Source of the DNA: a bacterium
GTDB taxonomy: Bacteria; JADJOY01
Direction: 5' to 3'
Assembly: GCA_046331705.1 (NCBI GenBank)
Contig: JAXLQJ010000049.1
Span: 1 to 55,950, forward strand
Length of the DNA: 55,950 nucleotides
Below are positions 10,314 to 19,606 of this stretch, in pieces. The position numbers and the translations under genes are program-made. Below the pieces are notes generated by a model. That model was not told where the DNA came from and searched no databases. It saw only the letters and a list, made by a program, of their open reading frames with translations. The stretch's first letter is position 1. Every line of letters starts with the position of its first letter.

Positions 10314-10359
10314 CGGGCCGGCACACCCCGGCCGTAGCCGTCGTCGAATCCCCGTGCCG

Positions 10360-12198
10360 ATGCCGCCGGATACCCACGCCACGCCCGCCGTCGCGCGTCG
10401 CGACGGGTGGATCTCGCTCGCGCTCGCCGTGGCGGCGTTCGCGCTCTACGCGAGCGGCGCATGCCGCACCATCTACGTCGGCGACTCCGGCGAGCTGGTG
10501 GCGGCGGTGCACACCCTCGGGATCCCGCACCCACCTGGCTATCCGCTCTACGTGCTGCTCGGGAAGCTCTGGACGCTCGCGTTGCCGCTCGGCTCGATCG
10601 CATTTCGCATGAGCCTCTTCTCGGCGGTGTGCGGCGCGCTCGCGGTGGCGGGTGTGTACCGAGTGGCGCGCGCGCTCGGCGTGCGTGCCGGCGTGGCGGT
10701 CGTCGCTGCCATCACGCTCGCGGCGGCGCCGAGCTTCTGGGCCGAAGCGAACGTGCAGCGGGTCTACACGCTGGAAGCGGTGTTCCTGGCGCTCGCCACC
10801 GGGCTGGGCGTGCGCTGGCTCGAAGCCGGGGAAGCCGCCGTCACGCCCCGAGCGCGCGATCGTTGGCTCGTGGCGGCCGCCTTCGTCGCCGCGCTCGGCA
10901 CCGGTAGCCACCTCTTCCTCGGCGTCTGGCTCCTCGTGTTCCTGGTCGTGGCGTTTGCGTCCGATCCGGGACTCGTGCGGCGCGGACGCGCGCTCTTCGC
11001 GACGCTGCTCGCCGCGCTGGCGGGATGCTCGATCTACGCGTACCTCCCACTTCGATCGCGTGCCGAACCCCGCCTCGACTGGGGCGATCCCGAGACCCTC
11101 GATCGCTTCGTCGCCGTCGTCACTCGGCGCGGGTTCTGGGAGCGCCGCTGGTGGTCGGGCTGGGTGGATGCGATTCCCATCGCCCGGGATTTCGGTGCGA
11201 GCGTGGCGCACGAGCTGACGATCGTGGGCGCGCTCCTGGCGCTGATCGGGATCGTCAGCGCGCGGCGGGCCACCCGGCGGCCGGTCTTGCTGCTCGCGCT
11301 CGTCGTGCTCGCCAACGTCGGCGCGCTGGCGGCGCACGGCTCGCGGTCCGACCTCTTCCTCTGGCATCGCTACTACATTCCGGCCTATCTCTCGCTCACG
11401 TTGCTCGCCGCGGTGGGTTTGGAGCGCGTGGTGGCAGCGCTCGCGACGCGCTCCTCCCGGGCGGCGCGTGCGATGGTGACGAGCGCCGCGATCGGCGCGC
11501 TGGCACTCGTGCCGCTGCGCTTCCGCGACTTCGACCGCAGCCGCTATCGGCTCGCCGAGGACTACAGCCGCCGCTTGCTCGCCTCGTTGCCGCCGGGCGC
11601 CCACCTCGCCGCCAGCGACGACAACATCCTCTTCGTCCTCGTCTATCTGAAGCTCGTCGAAGGCGTGCGGCCCGACATCGACCTGGTGCTGGAGGGAGTG
11701 GGCAGCGAGCTGCCGCCGCTACGCTTCGATCCCGACGACGAGTCGCTCTTCTTCACGCACCATCCCAACTGGCATGTCCCGGCGATCGACGTGGTTCCGG
11801 CTGGCCTCGCCTACCGAGTTGTGCGCGCGGGTGCCCAACCGCTGCCGGTTGCCTTGCCCGAGCCGCCGCTCCTCGCCGGCGAGGACGATGAGCGTGTGCC
11901 CAAGGACTACCTGACCCAAAATCTGATCGGTGAGTTCCACTTCATGCGCGGCGTCACGCTCGAGGCCCACGATCCGGAACGTGCGCTCATGGAGCTCGCC
12001 GCCGCGGCGCGCGCCGCGCCGTCGAACGACGTGCTCTTCTACAACCTCGGCCTGGTTTACGAGCGGATGGGTCGCGACGACCTCGCCCTCGCTGCGTTCG
12101 AGCGATCGGCCGCGATCAACCCTCGCCCGATTCTCGGTCCAGCCCGCGTCCGCGCCGTCGACCGCATCGACGAACTCCGCCGAAGGCTGGGTCCGTAG
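10360..12198 (+). CDS. DUF2723 / TMEM260-like multi-TM GT-C glycosyltransferase with C-terminal TPR
   Basis: Signature GDSGELVAA..LGIPHPPGYPLY, FWAEANVQRVYTL, YLPLRS..P.LDWGDP, DRS, DDNILF; many TM helices. Confidence 0.85.
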   Translation: MPPDTHATPAVARRDGWISLALAVAAFALYASGACRTIYVGDSGELVAAVHTLGIPHPPGYPLYVLLGKLWTLALPLGSIAFRMSLFSAVCGALAVAGVYRVARALGVRAGVAVVAAITLAAAPSFWAEANVQRVYTLEAVFLALATGLGVRWLEAGEAAVTPRARDRWLVAAAFVAALGTGSHLFLGVWLLVFLVVAFASDPGLVRRGRALFATLLAALAGCSIYAYLPLRSRAEPRLDWGDPETLDRFVAVVTRRGFWERRWWSGWVDAIPIARDFGASVAHELTIVGALLALIGIVSARRATRRPVLLLALVVLANVGALAAHGSRSDLFLWHRYYIPAYLSLTLLAAVGLERVVAALATRSSRAARAMVTSAAIGALALVPLRFRDFDRSRYRLAEDYSRRLLASLPPGAHLAASDDNILFVLVYLKLVEGVRPDIDLVLEGVGSELPPLRFDPDDESLFFTHHPNWHVPAIDVVPAGLAYRVVRAGAQPLPVALPEPPLLAGEDDERVPKDYLTQNLIGEFHFMRGVTLEAHDPERALMELAAAARAAPSNDVLFYNLGLVYERMGRDDLALAAFERSAAINPRPILGPARVRAVDRIDELRRRLGP

Positions 12199-12355
12199 CG
12201 CCCCGCGGCGAATCGCGCTGCGCGGGCACATGCTGGCTTCAGCCCGTTCTCCGAATACGTGAAGATCCGCTGTCGTGAACGGACTTGATCCTGGCGATCC
12301 GTTTCCAGCAGATTGTGATCGTGACAGCGGCGCATGCTCAGCGGCGAGGTGTCGA

Positions 12356-13711
12356 ATGCCGAGACACGTAGCGCGCTTGCGTTCAGGGTCGCGGGGGATT
12401 TTCGCCGCGTGCTGGCTGGCCTGGGCCGCTGCGCGCGGCGGCCACGCCGTCGCCGCGGATCTCAGTACCAACGGCGGCGAGTTTCAGGTCAATACGTACA
12501 CGGCGGGCTGGCAGTACCACACGAGGGTTGCTGCAGATCCCCAAGGCAACTTCGTCGTCGTGTGGGCTGGGTTCGGATTGGCCGGTTCCGCGAGCATGCT
12601 AGACGTACACGGGCGTCGCTACGACGCTCGCGGCGTGCCGCTAGCTGACCAGTTTCAAATCAACACCCTGACGACGGAATGGCAGCGAGATCCCGACGTG
12701 GCTATCGCGCCAGACGGGAGGTTTGTCGTGGTCTGGCAGGGCGCGCGCGCAGTCGCGCCTGGCTTCCAAGAGACGACCGTCGCCGCCAGACGATACGACG
12801 CGAACGGCGTGCCGATGGGCGACGAGTTCCGCGTCGATTCGTACCCAACCGGCAACAGATTCCATCCGGCGGTCGCGATGGATCCCAACGGCGGTTTCGT
12901 CGTGACGTGGTACAGCTTCGGTTCCAGCGGCACGGATTCCGATGAATCGAGCATCCAAGCGAAGCGCTACGACGCCAATGGACTTGCATTGGGCGGCGAG
13001 TTTCAGGTCAACACGTATACGACAGGTAGGGAAGGCTCTTCCGCGGTGGCCGTTACATCTCAGGGTGACTTTCTAATCGTGTGGGCCAGAGCGATTGCCG
13101 ATGGCTCGATCTCGGGGGCATGGAGCCTCTGGGCGCAGCGCTACGATCACGACGGCACGCCAGTGGGCACCGAGTTCCAAGTAGACGAGGGGCTCACGGG
13201 CTCGCCATTCACGCCGAGCATCGCGACCGATTCTGAGCACTACTTCGTAGCCTGGGTCAGCTTGGACGGCACCACCAACGACTCGTACGAGATTTATGCG
13301 CGAGGGCTTGCGCTCGACGGCGTTGCCAGCGGTCCGCAGTTTCGAGTCAACACGCACACGCCGACCTATCAATTCAGTCCGCGCATCGCCGCCGATCCGG
13401 AAGGAAACTTCGTGATCGTGTGGGAGGGGAAGGCGTCGGCTGGCACCGACCAGGCCGGATTCAGCGTCCACGGCCAGCGTTACGACGCGAACGGCGCTCC
13501 TCGCGGCGGTGAGTTTCAGATCAACACCTACACGACCAACGACCAGCGTTACCCAGCCGTCGCCTCCGATGCCGACGGGAACTTCGTCGTCGCTTGGCAA
13601 AGCGTTGCTGGTCCCTTTACAGGGGACGTCAAGGCCCAGCGCTACGACGCCGTCTTTCGCGAAGACTTCGAAGCCGGCAACGTGGATCGGTGGACTTCTC
13701 GCATTCCCTGA
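12356..13711 (+). CDS. secreted 7-repeat (EFQVNTYT-type) probable beta-propeller protein with C-terminal VFREDFEAG..W tail
   Basis: Signal-like N-terminus; seven repeats such as GGEFQVNTYT and GGEFQINTYTTNDQRYPAVA. Confidence 0.85.
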   Translation: MPRHVARLRSGSRGIFAACWLAWAAARGGHAVAADLSTNGGEFQVNTYTAGWQYHTRVAADPQGNFVVVWAGFGLAGSASMLDVHGRRYDARGVPLADQFQINTLTTEWQRDPDVAIAPDGRFVVVWQGARAVAPGFQETTVAARRYDANGVPMGDEFRVDSYPTGNRFHPAVAMDPNGGFVVTWYSFGSSGTDSDESSIQAKRYDANGLALGGEFQVNTYTTGREGSSAVAVTSQGDFLIVWARAIADGSISGAWSLWAQRYDHDGTPVGTEFQVDEGLTGSPFTPSIATDSEHYFVAWVSLDGTTNDSYEIYARGLALDGVASGPQFRVNTHTPTYQFSPRIAADPEGNFVIVWEGKASAGTDQAGFSVHGQRYDANGAPRGGEFQINTYTTNDQRYPAVASDADGNFVVAWQSVAGPFTGDVKAQRYDAVFREDFEAGNVDRWTSRIP

Positions 13712-13786
13712 CGATAGCGTCCGTCGCACCGTGAACGTCGCCGCGACGTCTCGTCCGTTCTCCCGACTCACGGCATCCGACCGCGC

Positions 13787-15925
13787 ATGAACGAGCGCGC
13801 GTCCACGGAGCCAGCTCCCGTGGCGCGGCGCGATCCACGGCTCGGCTCGCTCGCCATCGCGGTGGGCGTGGCTGGCTGCGTGATCGGTGCGCTGATCTGG
13901 GCACGTCTCACGCGCGGTCCGGAGCACGGGCTTGCGTTCGACACCCGCTCGCCGCTGCCCGGATTCGAGAATGCGCTCCACGACGGCTTCTTCCGCTTGC
14001 GCCAGCGATTGGCGGCGCCGTCGCCGCCGCGCGACGTGGTGGTGGTCGCCATCGACGAGGTGTCGATGCAGGAGCTCGGTCAGTGGCCGTGGCCACGCAG
14101 CGTCCACGGCGATCTCGTCCACACGCTGCGCGAGGCAGGCGCCGCGGTGATCGGTTTCGACGTGCTCTTCGCCGACGCGGAGGCGAGCCCCGGCGGCGAG
14201 AACGACGCCTACTTCGCGCAGGCGATCCGCGAGGCGGGGAACGTGGTCTTGGCCGAGGACGTCGAGCTGACGCAGCAGGGCACGGCGCGGATCGAGCGGA
14301 GGATTCGGCCACACGCGCCGTTCGCGAGCGCCGCCGCCGCAACCGGCATCGTGAAGGTCGATCTCGACAGCGATGGCGCCGTGCGCCGGAGCTACCTGGC
14401 GCGCTCGCTCGACGACGGCACCGCGATACCTGCGTTCGCGCGGGTCGTGGCCGAGCGCGCCCGGGCGGCACGCGGGCTCTCCGTCGACGCGAGCGATCCG
14501 ATCGCGACGTTCCACGTCCCGCACCCGCTCGCCGAGCCCGTGACGCTCGATTTCGTGGGACCGCGCCACACGATTCCCACCGTGTCGTATACGCAAGCGC
14601 TCGACGCCGGGGCATCGCTACCGAGGGGATTCTTCCGCGACAAGATCGTCTTGGTCGGCTTCGACCTGACGGCGCAGGCGGATCTCGCGAGCCTCGATCA
14701 TTTCGATTATCCGCTGCTCGGCCAAGGCAGCGGGCAGATGGCAGGGGTCGAGATCCACGCCTCGCTCGCCGACACGCTGCTACGCGAGCGCTACCTGCGC
14801 GACGCGTTCGCGGTGCCGCTTGTCGGCTACGCGGCCACCGCGCTTGCCGGCGCGTGGTTGCTGGCGACGCTCGGTGTGTGGTCGGGCTCGCTCGCGTTCG
14901 CCGCGCTCGTCGTGGCGTTCGCAGCGGCGCACTTCGCGGCGTTCGTTCTCGGCGGCTGGCTCGCGCCGCTTGGCTTGCCGCTGCTCGGTCTCGCGATCCA
15001 GCTCCCGCTCGATCGCACCTATCGTGTGCTCGTCCTGGATCGCCAGAAGCGCTTCGTGCAGAAGGCATTCAGCCATTACGTCTCGCCCAAGGTGGTGGAG
15101 CGGCTCATCGCCGAGCCCGAGCGACTGAAGCTCGAGGGCGAGCTCTACGTGGGCACGGTGATGTTCAGCGATCTGGTGGGCTTCACGACGCTCTCGGAGC
15201 GCACCACTCCCGCCGAGCTGCACGCGTTCCTCACCGAGTACTTCACCGAGATGGTCGACATCCTGATCTCGAACGACGGCACTCTCGACAAGCTCATCGG
15301 CGACGCGATCATGGGCTTCTTCGGCATTCCGGTGCGCAATCCCCGCCACGCGCACCAGGCGGCGCTGACGGCGTTCCAGATGCAGCGCCGTCTCGTGGAG
15401 CTGAACCGCGACTGGCAGGCGCGCGGGCTGCCCGAGCTGGGGATGCGCATCGGCCTCAACACCGGCGAGGTCCTCGCCGGCAACATGGGCACGCGCACGC
15501 TCTTCAACTACACGGTGCTCGGTGACACCGTGAACTTGAGCTCGCGCCTCGAAGGCGCGAACAAGGAGTACGGCACGCGCATCCTGATCGCCGAGTCCAC
15601 GTGGACGGCGATCCGCGACGAGTTCGAGGGACGGCAGGTGGACCTCTTGCGCGTGAAGGGCAAGAAGCAGCCGGTCGCCGTGTTCGAGCTGATCGGGCCG
15701 CGCGGCACCATGGACGAGCGCCAGCGTCGGTCGATGGCGCTCTTCGAATGCGCCTTCGCCGCATATCAGCAGGCGGAGTTCGCGGCGGCGCTCGCGCTCC
15801 TCGACCAGCGGCGCGCGTTCGGTGACGACCCCACGGCCGGCGTGCTGCGCAAGCGCTGCGAACAGTCCCTCGCCGACCCACCGCCGCCCGACTGGGACGG
15901 CGTCTTCACGCTGAAGACGAAGTAG
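13787..15925 (+). CDS. CHASE2-domain membrane class III adenylate cyclase
   Basis: CHASE2 (VVVAIDE..LGQWPWPR, IGFDVLFA, MAGVEIHA), TM helices, cyclase core MFSDLVGFTTLSE, DKLIGDA, GDTVNLSSRLEG. Confidence 0.92.
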   Translation: MNERASTEPAPVARRDPRLGSLAIAVGVAGCVIGALIWARLTRGPEHGLAFDTRSPLPGFENALHDGFFRLRQRLAAPSPPRDVVVVAIDEVSMQELGQWPWPRSVHGDLVHTLREAGAAVIGFDVLFADAEASPGGENDAYFAQAIREAGNVVLAEDVELTQQGTARIERRIRPHAPFASAAAATGIVKVDLDSDGAVRRSYLARSLDDGTAIPAFARVVAERARAARGLSVDASDPIATFHVPHPLAEPVTLDFVGPRHTIPTVSYTQALDAGASLPRGFFRDKIVLVGFDLTAQADLASLDHFDYPLLGQGSGQMAGVEIHASLADTLLRERYLRDAFAVPLVGYAATALAGAWLLATLGVWSGSLAFAALVVAFAAAHFAAFVLGGWLAPLGLPLLGLAIQLPLDRTYRVLVLDRQKRFVQKAFSHYVSPKVVERLIAEPERLKLEGELYVGTVMFSDLVGFTTLSERTTPAELHAFLTEYFTEMVDILISNDGTLDKLIGDAIMGFFGIPVRNPRHAHQAALTAFQMQRRLVELNRDWQARGLPELGMRIGLNTGEVLAGNMGTRTLFNYTVLGDTVNLSSRLEGANKEYGTRILIAESTWTAIRDEFEGRQVDLLRVKGKKQPVAVFELIGPRGTMDERQRRSMALFECAFAAYQQAEFAAALALLDQRRAFGDDPTAGVLRKRCEQSLADPPPPDWDGVFTLKTK

Positions 15926-16032
15926 CCGTCCTCCCCGTGCCGGCTCGTTCCGTGCCGCGCGGCCTCGCGGCGCGCTCGGACGATGTGAGATCATCGCGAA
16001 CTTGACTGCGTCCTCGGCGAGGAGGCCCCGCA

Positions 16033-19000
16033 ATGACGCGTATGTCGAACCGCTCATCGTTCGCGGTGATCCTGCAGCGGAGCGCCGTGTGCGTCGCTCG
16101 CGCTGTCGCGATCGCGGGGCTGTTGGCGCTGTGCGCCACGGATGCCAGCGCCGCGCCGGGAGGCAAGCTGGTCAGCGTCTCCGGCACCGTCTCGGTCCAT
16201 CGTGCAGGTGGAACCACCGAGATCGGTGCGCCATTCGAGGATCTCGCGGTGGGCGATCGGGTCGAGACCGGTGAGCGCAGCCGCGCCGCGATCCTCCTCG
16301 CCGACGAGACGCAGGTGAAGCTCAACTCGCTCTCGAACCTCACGATCACGGCGATCGGCGGTGCCGCCAGCGGAGTGCTTCCCGCATCCGCGGGAGCGGC
16401 GGGCGAGGGCAGCGTGCTATCGCTCGGGCAGGGTGAGGCGTGGATTCGTCGCAAGAGCCCCGGCGGCTTCGAGATGAGGACGCCCACGGCGAGCGCGGCC
16501 ATCCGCGGCACGGAGTTCGACGTGACGCAAGCCGGCGCTGGCGAGACCCGAGTGGCCGTTCTCGACGGCCTGGTCTCGCTGCGAAACGACGTGGGCGACG
16601 TCTCGCTCGCCGCCGGTGCGCTGGGAACCGCGCGGCCGGGCCAGGTGCCCACGCGCACGGTGCTCGTCGAACCGGAGAATGCCGTCCAGTGGACGCTCTA
16701 CTATCCGACGCGCCTGGCCTCGGCGGACTACGGCGTCGCGCTGCCCGATGCGACGGTGTCGGCGATCGCCGAGTCCGTCGCCGCCGAGAACCGAGGGGAC
16801 GGTGAAGGCGCCCGCGCGCCGCTCACGCGGCGGCTCGCGGCCCAGCCCGACGACGCGGCATTGCTGGCGCGGCTCGCGGCTCTCGACCTCGCCAGCGGTC
16901 GCGCCGCCGAGGCGAAGTCGGGGCTCGATCGTGCGCTCGCCGTGGAGCCCGGCAACCTCGCCGCCCGAGCGCTTAGCTCCGTCTACCACGTGGTGCGCAA
17001 TCACCTCGACGACGCCGAAGTGGACGCGCAAGCGGCCCTCGACGGGCATCCCGACTCGGCCTCCGCACGGGTCGCGTTGGCGCGGGTTCGCCAGGCGCGA
17101 TTCGATCTCGCTGGCGCGGAGACGCTGCTGCGCGCGGCGCTCGCTCGCGACCCTTCGAACCTCGCGGCCCACCTCGACCTGGCGCGGATCCTGTTCGGTT
17201 CGGACCGCGTCGCCGAGGCGCAGGAAGTCCTGGCGCGAGCCCGCACGCTTGCATCGGGCGATGCGGAGGTCCTGACGCTCGACGGCTTCGCGGCGCTGGC
17301 GCGCGGCGAGACCGAGCGCGCGAGCGGGACGCTGGCGGAAGCCGCGCACGCCAATCCCGATCGCGGCGAGCCGCACCTCGGGCTCGGCCTCGCCCATTTT
17401 CGCCGTGGCGCCGTGCGCGAGGGCCTGACGGAGATGCTGATCGCGACGCTCCTCGAGCCGCGCGTCGCGCTCTACCAAAGCTACCTCGGCAAGTCGTACC
17501 TCGAGTTCCGGCGCTTCGACGAAGCGCTCGGGGCGCTCGAGCGCGCGAGCCAGCTCGATCCGCGCGATCCCACGCCGTGGGTCTATCGCGGCGCGGTGCT
17601 GCGCGATCTGAATCGGCCGGTGGACGCGCTGGAGGCGTATCTCCACGCGGTCGAGCTCAACGACAACCGCGCGGTCTACCGCTCGCGCTTCCTCCTCGAC
17701 CGCGACCTCGCCGCCAAGAACATCTCGCAGGGCCAGGTCTACGACGAGCTGGGCTTCTCGGCGTGGTCGACGAGCCAGGCGGTCTCGAGCCTGGAGCACG
17801 ATCCACTCGAATCATCGGCGCATCTCTTCCTCGCCAGCGCCTTCGGCGGCGAGCCCGATCGCAACAACGCCGCCGCGTCGGAGCTCTTGCAGACCCGCCT
17901 CACGCTGCCGGTCAACGCGAACACCTTCAACACCTTCAACGAGTACACGTCGCTCCTCGAAGTGCCGCACGTGAACGGCGAGGTGGACGCAACGGTCGGC
18001 GACTTCGGCTTCGGCGAGGCGGGCGGCAACGTCTACGGCGGCAACGACTCGATCGCCGCGATCCAGCTCGGTTCGTACCGCAACGACCCGGCGTGGGGTC
18101 TGCTCGACGCCGAGCAGCAGGCCGGCTTCAGCTCGACGTCGGTGAAGGTGGCGCTCGGGCCGCGCGCGAGCCTGCTCGGCGCCTTCGACGTGCAAACGCT
18201 CGACGGAGGCGATCCCTCCGCCACCGACATCCACGTTCTCGAACCCGTCGGCGACACCACCTTCGCGGTGAAGCGCATCTTTCCCGAGGGGCTCGATCGC
18301 ACCGCGCGCGACCGTGTGCTCGTGGCGGTGCCCACCATCGGCGCCCACGCGGAGCTCGCGCCGGGCACGGACCTGCTGGCGGCCGTGGAGGGCTTCACCA
18401 TCGACGACGAGTCGCTCGCCAACCGCGACCTCGGCGACGGCATCGCGTTGCACGAGCAAGGCGGCTTCGAGCACTACGCCGTCGGCACGTCGGCGATGGT
18501 GCGGCATCGTGCCGAACCGTTCACGCTGATCGCCGCGGTGGATGGCTCGTGGCTCGGCGATCGCAGCCGCGGTCGTCAGACCTACGTCGACACGGCGACT
18601 GGTGAGACCCTCGACGAGGTGCAGCCTTCGACCGAGACCGAGCAGCGCAGCATCGAGGGCTGGCTGCGCGCCGAAGCCGAGGGTCCCGCGGGGCTCTTCG
18701 GTGAAGCGGGAGTGCAGCTCGCGTGGTTCGATGGCGGCGACTTCCGGCGCACCGACGAGTTCGATCCCGGTCCGTTCGTGGGCGTGCGCTGGGAGGTGAT
18801 GAAGGGGCTGCGCTTGCGCGCCGCGTACATGGAGGTCCGCACCATCCCCATCGAGGGATCGCGGATCACGCCGTCGGTGGTGTCGGGGTTCCCGCTCTTC
18901 GTGAACCAGTTCGACGGGCAAGACCGCGCCGAAGTGGACGGCGGCATCGAATGGGAGCTGGGTAGCCGCACCTTCGTGGGTCTCACCGGTTTCCATCGCA

Positions 19001-19473
19001 CAACGGATTTCTACGCGACCCGCTTCGACGAAGAGACCTCGAGCTTCGAGCTGGCGCCCGTCGACGAGGAGCAAAACGGCGGGCGGCTCGCGATCAACCA
19101 GATCCTGAGCGGCTGGTTCTCGGGCTTCGCCGAGGCACGGACCACCGCCAGCACCACCAAACTCTTCGACGAGCGCGACGACGAGCTGCGTCTCGGGCTC
19201 AACTTCATCCATCCGTCGAGCCTGCGCTTGCGCGCCACCGCGACCTATCTCAACCAGACCTTCGGCCACACCGCATTCGCGCTCGCCGACGAGGACACCT
19301 GGCTGCTCGGGCTGGCGGCGCGCTACGAGCTCTTCGACAAGGCGCTTCGAATCGAGGGCGCGATCCAGAATCTCCTCGACGAGCGCTACACGCTCGTCGC
19401 CGACAACCTGGCGCTGCGCTCCGATCTCGCGCCCAAGCGCGACTTCCGGCTGACGCTCACCTGGAATTGGTGA
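16033..19473 (+). CDS. FecR-domain / TPR / beta-barrel outer-membrane protein (NsrA-like)
   Basis: Signal peptide; FecR motifs (GDRVETG, TPTASAAIRGTEF, AVQWTLYYP); long TPR array (LDPRDPTPW, LNDNRAVYRSR); alternating beta-strands ending in aromatic LTWNW. Confidence 0.85.
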   Translation: MTRMSNRSSFAVILQRSAVCVARAVAIAGLLALCATDASAAPGGKLVSVSGTVSVHRAGGTTEIGAPFEDLAVGDRVETGERSRAAILLADETQVKLNSLSNLTITAIGGAASGVLPASAGAAGEGSVLSLGQGEAWIRRKSPGGFEMRTPTASAAIRGTEFDVTQAGAGETRVAVLDGLVSLRNDVGDVSLAAGALGTARPGQVPTRTVLVEPENAVQWTLYYPTRLASADYGVALPDATVSAIAESVAAENRGDGEGARAPLTRRLAAQPDDAALLARLAALDLASGRAAEAKSGLDRALAVEPGNLAARALSSVYHVVRNHLDDAEVDAQAALDGHPDSASARVALARVRQARFDLAGAETLLRAALARDPSNLAAHLDLARILFGSDRVAEAQEVLARARTLASGDAEVLTLDGFAALARGETERASGTLAEAAHANPDRGEPHLGLGLAHFRRGAVREGLTEMLIATLLEPRVALYQSYLGKSYLEFRRFDEALGALERASQLDPRDPTPWVYRGAVLRDLNRPVDALEAYLHAVELNDNRAVYRSRFLLDRDLAAKNISQGQVYDELGFSAWSTSQAVSSLEHDPLESSAHLFLASAFGGEPDRNNAAASELLQTRLTLPVNANTFNTFNEYTSLLEVPHVNGEVDATVGDFGFGEAGGNVYGGNDSIAAIQLGSYRNDPAWGLLDAEQQAGFSSTSVKVALGPRASLLGAFDVQTLDGGDPSATDIHVLEPVGDTTFAVKRIFPEGLDRTARDRVLVAVPTIGAHAELAPGTDLLAAVEGFTIDDESLANRDLGDGIALHEQGGFEHYAVGTSAMVRHRAEPFTLIAAVDGSWLGDRSRGRQTYVDTATGETLDEVQPSTETEQRSIEGWLRAEAEGPAGLFGEAGVQLAWFDGGDFRRTDEFDPGPFVGVRWEVMKGLRLRAAYMEVRTIPIEGSRITPSVVSGFPLFVNQFDGQDRAEVDGGIEWELGSRTFVGLTGFHRTTDFYATRFDEETSSFELAPVDEEQNGGRLAINQILSGWFSGFAEARTTASTTKLFDERDDELRLGLNFIHPSSLRLRATATYLNQTFGHTAFALADEDTWLLGLAARYELFDKALRIEGAIQNLLDERYTLVADNLALRSDLAPKRDFRLTLTWNW

Positions 19474-19484
19474 GGTCAGCCTTC

Positions 19485-19566
19485 GGGGGCGGCCTCGCGG
19501 CCGCCCCTACGGCGTGCCACGCGTGCTCGTCGTCACGAACGTGTAGGGGCGGGCGCGAGCCCGCCC
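19485..19566. repeat. inverted pair of GTAG-type REP-like palindromes
   Basis: GGGGGCGGCCTCGCGGCCGCCCCTAC (19485-19510, GTAG-led on the minus strand) and GTAGGGGCGGGCGCGAGCCCGCCC (19543-19566), between convergent genes. Confidence 0.75.
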
Positions 19567-19606
19567 TCTTGCGATCGGACGCCGTTGCGGCGTCGTGACC
19601 TCGTGC

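Noticed and set aside
15984-16000. possible CRP box (TGTGA...) upstream of the FecR-TPR-barrel gene
   Set aside because: The second half-site does not match TCACA at N6 spacing
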